DNA of 64,000 nucleotides from NCBI GenBank assembly GCA_030704615.1, contig CM060734.1, forward strand, positions 15,438,001 to 15,502,000, in the 5' to 3' direction. Made by a program: the position numbers and the translations under genes. The DNA is from Takakia lepidozioides. Taxonomy: Eukaryota > Plantae > Bryophyta. Shown in pieces: positions 13,301 to 23,420 of the stretch (its first letter is position 1; the number at the start of each line of letters is the position of its first letter). The notes beneath the pieces are model-generated. The model was not told where the DNA came from and did no database searches. It saw only the letters and a list, made by a program, of their open reading frames with translations.

Positions 13301-16300
13301 TTTCTCACATACTTCCGGTAATAGGAGGCGAGTCCTAGGAAGGATCGCACTCCCGGGACCGAAGTCGGAGGCTCCCAGTCCAAATTGCCCTCACCTTTCT
13401 GTCATCCATTTGATCCCATCCTGTGTAATCACATGCCCCAAGAACTCCACTTTCGTGACCCCGAATTCGCAATTTGAAGCTTTGGCGTACAGCTTCCCTT
13501 CCCGCAACTTTTGGAACACCCTTTTGAGGTGCTCCAGGTGCTCCTCCTTTGTTTTCGAGTACACCAAGATGTCGTCGATGTACACGATCACAAAGTCATC
13601 CAACCACTCCTGGAAAAGGCTGTTCATCAGCGTGCTAAATGTCGCTGTGCATTGGTGAGCCCAAAAGCATCACCAAGAACTCATATGAACCATACCTTCC
13701 TCCTGCATGCGGTCTTCTCCTCATCTCCTTCCGCCACCCGAATTTGATGATAGCCGGAGCGCAAGTCGATCCGGTTGAAATACTTCGCTCCTGCCAACCG
13801 GTCGAAAAGGTCGTCGATCCTTGGCAAAGGGTACCGGTTTTTAATAGTCACCTTATTCAAAGCCCTGTAATTGACACACATCCGCAGCGTCCCATCCTTC
13901 TTGTCTACGAATAGCACCGGGGCTCCGTAAGGTGAGTTACTCGGCCGGATGTACCCTAGATCCTTGAGCTGAGTCTTCAGCTCGACCAACTCCCTTTGGC
14001 TCAACCGGTAGGGTGCCTTGGCAGGCGGTTCCGATCCCGGTATCACCTCAATCTTGTGGTCAACTCCTCTTCGCGGTGGCAAGCCGCTTGGTAAATCCTC
14101 CGGCATCACATCCTGGTATTTCTCCAAAATCCCCTTGATCCAATCTGGGCTCGGCTCCCCATCGCCTTCTCCCTTCACTTCTCTAATGTAAAGCAAAAAT
14201 TGGGGCTCGTGTGCCTCCTCCACGGCCCACTCCCTTGCTGACAGAAGGTTTATTCGCCCTCCCACGGATTTGGGCGTTTCCGACACTCGTAAGACCTCGC
14301 CACCATTCCCACATGGCAGCGTGACTACTCTTATGCGGCCATCTATGACCGCTCCGGATTTGCTCAAAAAGGTCATCCCCAAATGAGATCCACTCCATCG
14401 ATCTCGCAGATGGTGAAGTTCTGACGTCCCTCCCAACTCCCCAGTTGAAGAGGAACATCAAACGCCAACCTTGTCGCCATCTGTGGTTCTCCTTTTGGCA
14501 GAACGCACCTCAATAGAGGCCCCCACGTCACTTGTCGGGAGTCCCAACTTTCGCGCCGCCGCCGGCGTCATGAAGGAGTGCGACGCTCTTGTGTCCACCA
14601 ACAACGACACGTTAGTTCCAGATATTATTCCATCCACGAACAATAACTGTCTCCATTTACGCAGGGCGCCAGTTTCCTGATACAACTCACAAGAATAGTT
14701 GCCTACCTTGCAAGTCCTGGCGACCACCGCTTCCACCAAGCGACTGATGGTATCTTCCAACAGCTCCGTGGTTGCCCGAGTCATGTTCAATTGTCGAGGT
14801 TTCGTGCACTTCTTGGCCATGTGCCCGGGCTCCCCGCAATTGAAACACACTCCATCAAAGGTCGTCTTCTGTCCGCCATAAGCCGCGTTTTTTCCTTTCG
14901 AAACACCGGGTGCCGCCTTGACGTGTGAAGGCCCTCCCTTCGATTTCCACGTGCCATTGTCGCCGCGTGGCCTATCCCACTTCTTTTCCGGTCGGAAGGA
15001 GTCACCTTCCCGCCGGGTCTTCTTGTGGTTCAGCTCCGTACGGCCTTGTCTCTCACCCTTAGGGACATCTGAGAAACATTCAGCCCTCTCAATTGCCTCG
15101 TTCAAAGTCTTGGGTGGCTTCTCCTCCAACTTCCGCCTGGCCCATGGGGCCAGTCCCGCCACAAAGTTGAAGACCATTTCTGGTTCTGCCATGTCCGCGA
15201 CTTCGAGCAACAGCACATTGAAAGCCTGGACATACCCCCGAATGTCATCTGTTTGCTTCAAATTCCTCATCTTGTCCCGGGCAAGCCAGGACGTGTTGAG
15301 AGGCACAAACTGTCTCTTCATCAATTCCTTGAACCCACTCCAGTTCAAGGTTTCCGGGCTTGGACCTCGGTCGTGAAGGCATTTCTGCCACCATTGTTGA
15401 GCATAGCCCCTCAAATAGGTGGGAGCCACTTCCACCCGATCCTCGTCACTCAACTTGGCCGCCCGGAAGTACTGCTCTAGCTCCAAGAGCCAGGTGTTGA
15501 GTGCCTTCTGATTTTGGACGCCCGTCGAAGGTGCCGGGTTCCTTAGGCTTCAACCTTAGCGGAAGTGGCATTAGCCGCCTTCAACACGTCTTTCAACGTC
15601 CCGCCAAACTGCGCCAACAACCCTTCCCAAAAAGCTATCGGCATGGGAGGCATCTATTGCTCTGTCGGAGCTCTCAAGGATTCCTCGGGCTCCGACTCCT
15701 CGGATTCCTCCCGCTCTTGAGCGGCCTCGTTTTCAGAAACCTGCGTCGCTTCCTCAAACGGCCGCTTCGGTGACACGTCGCCCCCATCGGGCTCACCAGG
15801 ATCATCATCTTTTGGGCCGTTCCGCTTCGCTTTGGCTTGCCCGACCCCATGATGAGGCCAATCCCAAGGACGATCACATACTGAACTCTAAGCTCCGATA
15901 CCAAGTGTCGCGCACCTCACTTCGGTAAGCTCCCCCTCAAGTCATAGTTACTCGCTTTGATGCGCGCGCCTGACTCCCAACCTGGCCGCCGGGCCAACTT
16001 GGAGCTTCGGCTGCTCACCGGGGCATAACGGTCCCCCTTTGTTCTCCCAAAGAACCCTCCACCGATTTGGAACCAGCGGGAATTCCCTTTGGTAGTTGGC
16101 AGTCCGGAACAGCTCCCCACTCTTTGGTCGCTTTCCGGCTCGCTCGCTTACTCACTAGTTTTTGGTCACCAACGCGCTTGCACCGTTCTCGGGGTTACTA
16201 CTCCCCTATACTTCTGTAGCTGTCCGCGGGGGTTTCACAACCAACCATGCCATTTTTTATGGCGAACCACCACGAAAACCCTCGACTCCCTGATGAGTCG

Positions 16301-16635
16301 CGATGAGTCTTGGCCCCACTCACCACGGCCCCTATGGACCGTGATGAGTCCCAAGACTCCCCACGACTCCCACCACGAGGTCTCCGCCCCCATGGTGAGT
16401 CCTATGCCACCCCACTAAGTCTCGCTAAGCTACCACCACCCCTTGTGGAGCCACCCCCACCCCACCGCAACCCGGTGTGCGGGGCTCCACCTAGTGAGCG
16501 CCTCCGCTTCCCTGAGTGCCTTGGGCACTCAAGGGTGCTTCAGCCCCCCCATACCTACCGCTGCCGCTGCCCTCACCACAGGGGCAGCCCCTCATGTGTC
16601 CCGACCCCCTGCCCTCAAGGCAAAGGGCCGCGACA
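10301..16635 (-). mobile_element. Ty3/gypsy chromovirus copy C: 5' LTR 15906-16635, internal region, PPT, then the LTR shared with A (10301-10425 plus 2143-2712)
   Basis: PBS 15892-15903, PPT at ~10430-10437, reverse complement of B's internal region. Confidence 0.93.
11277..15850 (-). CDS. gag-pol of copy C, many frameshifts
   Basis: ORFs 14458..15486, 13681..14436, 13391..13627, 12712..13383, 11659..12480, 11263..11652 tile gag-PR-RT-RH-IN-chromodomain. Confidence 0.9.
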
Positions 16636-16999
16636 GAATGTCCCCATACACTGTTTGCGATGGAATCCTCTCTGGCATGTACGTACACCCGATGCAATCC
16701 TCGTAGGCCCACTGGCAGCACCTCCAATGATGTAGGAAGGCCGTGCGGCTTTTGGGGATGTTCCATGTAGGCGGATACTGCAGATCAACGATTTGCAGGC
16801 ACCAAAGCCGCGCAAGCTCGTCCCCGCGAGGCTGATCATGGAAGCCAGGAAGGTACTCAAGAGCGGACAGGTGCACCCTCCTCTGCTGAGAGTGGTCTAT
16901 CCAATCCTGCAGGTATATGAAAATATCCCCTGACTTCGGCAAGAAGTCCCACGGGGTGAGATGCTTGTTTGGACAGTTGCTGGGATCCCGGCACGCCAT
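16636..16999 (-). pseudogene. Unknown W/C/H-rich ORF cut by the 5' LTR of copy C
   Basis: ATG at 16999, ~121 open codons of complex sequence up to the LTR junction; no family recognised. Confidence 0.45.
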
Positions 17000-17271
17000 C
17001 GCGGACTACTGAAAGGGCTGCCAGGAAGCAGAGAGGGTGCGCAGGGAAGGGGGAGTGTGGGGAAGATGAAGTGAGAGGAGCTCGGAGCGAGGAAGTGTTG
17101 TTGTTGTCTCAGTTTTGAAACGCGTGGGTCACAAGCGAAGGTTGGGCAAGTGGCAAAGGAAAAGAGCAGCATTTAATATAACCGTACCCAGGAATGAGGC
17201 GCAGAATTTACTTCGACATGACATCCAATTGGAGGGTGACGGCCCCACGTGCCTGCCAGAGAACAGCCCCT

Positions 17272-18722
17272 GGATGGAAAAATGGCGCCGAATTTCCATC
17301 CGAGGCCGGCCGGATGAAGTCGTCTCGGGGGGAGAGGCCGACACCTGGCCGACAGAGATCATCCCCCGGATGGAAAAACGGCGCCGAATTTCCATCCGAG
17401 GCCCGCCGGATGAAGTCGTCTCGGGGGGAGAGGCTGACACCTGGCCGACAGAGAACATCCCCCGGATGGAAAAACGGCGCCGAATTTCCATCTGAGGCCG
17501 TTCAGATGAAGTCATCTCGAGGAGAGAGGCCAACTGTCGCGCACCTCCCTTCGGTAAGCTCCCCCTCAAGTCATAGTTACTCGCTTTGATGCGCGCGCCT
17601 GACTCCCAACCTGGCCGCCGGGCCAACTTGGAGCTTCGGCTGCTCACCGGGGCATAACGGTCCCCCTTTGTTCTCCCAAAGAACCCTCCACCGCTTTGGA
17701 ACCAGCGAGAATTCCCTTTTGTAGTTGGCAGTCCGGAACAGCTCCCCACTCTTTGGTCGCTTTCCGGCTCGCTCGCTACTCACTAGTTTTTGGTCACCAA
17801 CGGCTTGCACCGTTCTCGGGTTACTACTCCCTATATATACTTCTGTAGCTGTCCGCGGGGGTATCACAACCAGCCATGCCATTTTATGGCGAACCACCAC
17901 GAAAACCCTCGATTCCCGGTGATGAGTCGCGGTGAGTCTTGGCCCACTCACCACGGCCACTATGGACCGTGATGAGTCCCAACTCCCCACGACTCCCACC
18001 ACGAGGTCTCCGCCCCCATGGTGAGTCCTATGCCACCCCCACTAAGTCTCGCTAAGCTACCTTTTGTGGAGCCACCCCCACCGCAACCTGGTGTGCGGGG
18101 CTCCACCTAGTGAGTGCCTCCGCCTCCTTGAGTGCCTTGGGCACTCAAGGGTGCTTCAGCCCCCCATACCTATCGCTGCCGCTGCCCCCACCACAGGGGC
18201 AGCCCCTCATGTGTCCCGACCCCCCTGCCCTCAAGGCAAAGGGCCGCGACACCGACACCTGGCCGACAGAGAACATCCCCCGGATGGAAAAACGGCGCCG
18301 AATTTCCATCCGAGGCCCGTTGGATGAAGTCGTCTCGGGGGGAGAGGCCGACACCTGGCCGACAGAGATCATCCCCCGGATGGAAATACGGCGCCAAATT
18401 TCCATCCGAGGCCGGCCGGATGAAGTTGTCTCGGGGAGAGAGGCCGACACCTGGCTGTTCGGATGAAGTCGTCTCGGGGGGAGAGGCCGACACCTGGCCG
18501 ACAGAGATCATCCCCCGGATGGAAAACGGCGCCGAATTTTGTCTTGGGGGGAGAGGCCGACACGTGTCCGACAGAGAATGTTCTCCGGAAGGAAAAACGG
18601 CGCCAAATTTCCATCCGAGGCCGGTCGGATGAAGTCGACTCGGGGAGAGAGGCCGCCACGTGGCCGACAGAGAATATCCTCCGGATGGAAAAACGGCGCC
18701 GAATTTCCATCCGAGGCCGGTT
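17272..18722. repeat. 96-bp tandem array (~8 units, some partial), each with a 32-bp palindrome; interrupted by a solo LTR
   Basis: Unit starts at 17272, 17368, 17464, 18282, 18378; core CGGATGGAAA-AA-CGGCGCCG-AA-TTTCCATCCG. Confidence 0.93.
17535..18251 (-). mobile_element. Solo LTR of the same chromovirus family
   Basis: TGTCGCG...CGCGACA ends; 5-bp TSD CCAAC (17530-17534) / CCGAC (18252-18256), one CpG-type mismatch; no PBS or PPT. Confidence 0.93.
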
Positions 18723-18730
18723 GGATGCAG

Positions 18731-20794
18731 TTCGGGGAGAGAGGCTCAGGAGAAATTGAATGAGAAGAATAAAGGACACAAGAAAAGGACACGGAAACAG
18801 GGGAGTACAGTAACCCCCAAAAAAGAGAAAACCATCGGGGCACCAGAGGAGGCGCAGGAGGGGCCCGAAGGGAGTGACTCCGACAACGACTTTGTGCAAG
18901 GTCCTGCGACTGCTGCTGCTGCTACCAAGTCACCGGTCATCCGGGTTCCCAAGTCAGTTCGGACTGGGATTGGCTCTGCCAGGAAGTTGGCATTTGAGGG
19001 CAAGCCAACACGGCGGTATTCGGCGGTGACGTTTCCGCAGAGGCCAAAGCTAGAACCCCCAACCATCATCCAATGCATCAATGAGAGCTTCCTTGGCGCT
19101 CTGGCTACCAGGACAAAGAAGGTGGCACACAACGAGTCTTTGGAGGAGCTGAAGGGGAAAGCCAAGAAGAGGGCTGCCGGTACAGAGCCTAAAGACACCC
19201 TTGGTTTGGGAGCCATGATGGAATTCTTCACGGCTGTGAGCACGGATTGCAAGAGCACTCGGGGGGGGGGGGTGAGGTGGAGAGAGCCTGCGATATGATT
19301 CTCCTCGATATTCCAGATGGGGAGCTGCTGGAGGGCCTGGATGGTGTGCCTACCTGGAACAGGTTTATTGAGGACTACTGGAGAGTCGGGTTTGGGCTGG
19401 CGGGGATGCTCCTGGATGACGGTGGATGTATGGTGGTCCTTGCCACAAGAGGGAAGACCACAGAGAATGTTGTGGCAAGGTGGACACCGAAAAGTGTCAC
19501 CCCGGTCCTCCTCAAGAAATGGTTTTGCATCAATACGCAGGGGTTGCGAACAGAGGGCCAGAGTGTAAGTTACCAATCTATTGTATTCACTTTCATATTG
19601 TAATGTATCTAAACTAGACCCTGGAGTTGATCCATCTTTTGTTGGATGTGCAGACATTGGTGTTTGAGGCATATTATTTTGTGAAGAGAGGGTCTACGTT
19701 CAAATTCCGCAACGACGGTCGTCTTGTTGATGCCGCTATGACCCTGTTACCTACGATGTCCTCTACAACTATGTGCCCCACTCCAGTATGCCAAAGGACA
19801 CAAAGACAGGCAAACCGTGGCGGTACAGCCGGACCCGGAGCCCTGCTTTCATCCAAACCCTCATGGAGACGTGCTTGGATGTCCAAGGGCGGATTCTTGA
19901 CCTCACATGCGGCACGGGTAAGCCTTCACGTGCGCAGTTTGTCCCCTGGCCTGATTGCAATTGCATGCCGCATGCTACTAACCGCCCGCTTTGTCCCTCA
20001 GGTGCTTCAATGTGGGCAGGGACGTTGTCCGACAGGCATGTCTGCGCCTTCAGCCAGATACTGCCCTCCACAACTCCGAACTTGCAGCGGCTGAACTTCT
20101 GCCGAAAGAGGAAGAGGCATCCTTGGAGGATGAGGAAGAATTCGAGAAGGAGCAGGGGGAGGTACAAGTTGGGATCGAGGCCGAGGAGCCCCTGGTTTAC
20201 GAGTGAGTGGTCGCATTGTAAGTTGCCTCCTGATTTTGTGAGGCACCTCCCTTCGCTCTCTTATTTCATTGAAAGACCCTTTTTTGCTGGTATTGACATT
20301 CTTAAAGTGGATTTGTTCTTACTGCAGGAGGGACGTCTACACCGCAGTTCATGGGCAGGAGGAACGTGCCTTTTTTTGCCAGGGGGGATTTCATGTCAAG
20401 TCCAGAAAGGGACTACATCCTTCCTTATTATGCTGCCCGACTTGCTTCGGTGTCCATTAGGAGGTCTTCCGAACCTAGTCGTGTACAGCAGATTTTAGAC
20501 GAGACAACCCTCAAGAAAATGAAGATGAGGGAGGAGGCAGCAGCTATTAGAGCCCGTCAGGCTCGTAGATTTGTGTTGGATTCTGCTGAGGAAAGTGGGG
20601 GAGAAGAAGCAGAAGATTCCCAGGAGGTGAGGTGGACAGTCCCCCAAGGAGAGGACGGAATTTTTGAGAGGCATAGTGGAACTGATGCATCTCAGAGCTC
20701 GGAGGATGGGGGGATGAGGGGGATGAGGAGGAAGGTGGGGCAAGTTCCTCAGAGGGTGTATGAGAGTAGTGCCCATTCTGGCTATGACAGTTAG
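18731..20794 (+). CDS. Intron-containing beta-class DNA amino-methyltransferase-like gene (N6_N4_Mtase-like); start uncertain; four single-base frameshifts
   Basis: CDMILLDIPDG (motif IV-like; DIPDG at 19307-19321) precedes RSPAFIQTLMETCLDVQGRILDLTCGTG|ASMWAGTLSDRHVCAF(E)PD (motifs X-I-II). GT-AG introns 19565-19653, 19918-20001 and 20203-20327 join in frame. Confidence 0.75.
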
Positions 20795-20942
20795 GACACA
20801 CTTGTATAGATGTGGCTTGCCACAAAATTTGCAATAAAATGTTGCATTTCATTGCTATGACGAGTCCACTGGTGCCACATTCCAACTTCACATGACCCTA
20901 TTTCCGTGCCTCCTAACCCTATTTCCATGGACACACAATGGT

Positions 20943-21002
20943 CCGCTCATGTTTTTTTTTTTTCCCGCTCATGCTCATGCCGCTCATGAAATAGTAGCCC
21001 CC
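20943..21002. mobile_element. Candidate DNA-transposon terminus with short subterminal repeats
   Basis: CCGCTCATG x3 followed by AAATAGTAGCCCCC; the neighbouring minus-strand ORF loses its character at this point. Confidence 0.35.
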
Positions 21003-22293
21003 ATTCAAGTGCTCCACTTGATCCAGGTCCAACAGGTTGGGATGTCCTGGTTGTAGTCTCAACCTCAACTGTTGGGTCTACTTCTTCATACTCCTCATCT
21101 TCCAAATTCTTCTCTCTGTTTTCACCTTCCAAGTTCTTCTCTTGAATTTCTTCTTCTTCACTCATGTAACTCAATTGCAATGGTGTTGGAGAGTCTGAAC
21201 TCTCCGTTGGCTCTGCCACATCTTCCTCTCCTTCTTTATCTTGTGATTCAGAAACTGGAGTTCCAGCCTTTGGGGTCCCATGCCAACTCTTATCAAAGAT
21301 TTATGTCAAATCTTTTATCCAGGGATGTACCTCAAATCTCTCCCCTCGTGGCTGATCTTCTTCCTGTACCAAATCCCTTAATCTTTCTTGTAAAGAATAA
21401 GAAGGAGTGGCATCCAACTCTGGTTCCTCCGGTATGGGTGATGTACTCTCTGATCTTAATGGTGTGAGAGGTCCAGATGATTCCCCTATGTCTTTTCCTC
21501 TCTCCCCTATTAACTTTCAAATAACTTTCTCTTTTCGCTGAATATCTGTGGAGTCTAGCTTCTCTTTCATCACTCATGTCCCATGTCTTTCATATTCTCA
21601 ATGAGGCAATAACCGAAACTCTCTCCTGTATTATCTCTCGTATATGCCTGGATTTCTTTCAAGCTTCAATGCACCCTTGGCTATACTAGAAGTCTTCGTT
21701 ATCATATAACCATATGGCAAACACGTCTGAAAAGCTGTTCTTGGTATAAGTTTGATCCACAAGATATCCTTGGGAATCCAATTCTTTACCAGTACAAGTT
21801 CTTCATGCATATGAGTGTAAACATTCACTTTCCGTTCCTCCCAACCTTCAAACTCCACTCGTTTGATGGATAACAATGCTATCGTATAAACCAATGTTGG
21901 TAACCAACTTGCTCTCCCTCTACAGGCCACTTGATAAATCTTTATCACTCCTTTCTCCAGACCCCACTCAGGATCAGCATCATGCACTTTCTTCAGAATG
22001 TTTTCTTTGCAACCGTTTGGCAATTCCAAGAACCTCTGAAAGAACTGTTTGGACAATCGTTCTTTCTCAGTTCCACAGGGAATTTGATTCACATCAAATT
22101 CTTTAATTCTCCATCCACCATGATCCCACCAGATGCCTGTCACATCTGGTTGTTCCTGACCCAGTTCTCCAGTATGGTCGCCAAATATCGAGCGGCTTTT
22201 ACTCACCCATCCCTTCGTTATCCGAGGTGGGAACTCCAAGATAGAAGAGTTGGATATCTCTAAGCACTCAGCCCGCTCAGAACAATCAGTCAT
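21003..22293 (-). pseudogene. Degenerate unknown ORF(s), probably TE accessory sequence
   Basis: 220-aa ORF 21631..22293 followed by basic and acidic fragments; no motif recognised. Confidence 0.3.
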
Positions 22294-22729
22294 GACCTAC
22301 AACTAGTGTATCATGGAAGTGCTTCCTGTTTGTATTCCTTCTCAAGCCTTCATGTCAACAAATTACCTTACTGTTTATATTAAAGTATCGGATTGCTTCA
22401 GCAATCTTCCAGATTCCATCTTCTCATGCATTCATTCCACAGCTTCACTCAGGTCTCTCTACACAATGTGGGTATGAAATACGTGTCAGATTAATATCTA
22501 TCAAGTATCAGGCCGAAGCCATGGTGTCTCTAATCTGCTCTACAGTACAACTCTACAGCTTGCATTCATCAAGTATCAATAGATCGCATGTGTAATCTCC
22601 ATCCCTGTGCTCCAAGATCGTGCTCTCCACTTGATCTCCTCCCGTGATGTCCAAGACGTGATGCCTCAAGTCTCTCCCCCACAAGAAGTGTCATCTTCCA
22701 GTTGCTACTCCCCTAATCTACCTACAAGC

Positions 22730-23171
22730 TGTTATAACCGTCTAACTGACTAACTGTCATCTCAAGACAGAATGCACGTTCCCTCTGTAGATGTCATTCC
22801 CACATAGACGTTCTCTGCCATGGTAACCGTTCCCTATGTACGCTATGACGGGCTGTGCCATGCTGTGTCGGGCTGTGACTGGCTGTGTAAAGCTGTGTCG
22901 GGCTGTGTCGTGCTGTGATAGACTGTGATAGACTGCGATTGACCATGACAGGCTGTGATAAGTTGTGTAGGGCTGTATCAGGTTGTGTCAAGCTGTGTAG
23001 TGCTGTGCCAAACTGTGTTAAGCTGTGTCAGCCCGTGACTGACTGTGTGAGCCTGTCTACCACCCCTAAGGCATGTGTCGGTCTAAGTCTACCATCTGCA
23101 AGTCTACACAAAAATTAAGGGTACCCCACAGAACCCGTAAAAATGTCTAAGTCCCAGACAGCCCTCTAATA
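22730..23171 (-). mobile_element. Probable LTR of a second family, containing a ~10-bp GGCTGTGTCA-like minisatellite
   Basis: Ends resemble TGTTA...TAACA; the terminal ~60 bp (AAAATTAAGGGTACCC...AGCCCTSTAA) match the PPT-flanked LTR start at 43494-43550; minisatellite 22850-23055. Confidence 0.5.
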
Positions 23172-23420
23172 GTCCAATATCCCATACCAGAATTGGACTG
23201 CTTGAGTTTCCGTAACCCCTTGGGTTACATTTATCAGGCGCCTCATGCGAGTATAAGACTCCCTCAAATTCTCAGTTGGCTTTCGCTGGAACTCTTGCAA
23301 GCTCCGCAACTTCTCTGTTATCACCCCCTGGTAGTTCCTTCTCAACTCTTGGAAGAACTCCACAATCGGATTGAAGGCAGGCACCGGTGCTGGTGCAACG
23401 GCAGGAGCTACAGTGGATGT
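23172..23420 (-). pseudogene. Retrotransposon gag fragment
   Basis: EFFQELRRNYQGVITEKLRSLQEFQRKPTENLRESYTRMRRL resembles the Retrotrans_gag core. Confidence 0.6.

Noticed and set aside
17272-18722. CRISPR array or repeat-encoded protein
   Set aside because: Whole units repeat with no unique spacers; ORFs in many frames follow from the 96-nt GC-rich unit; no cas genes
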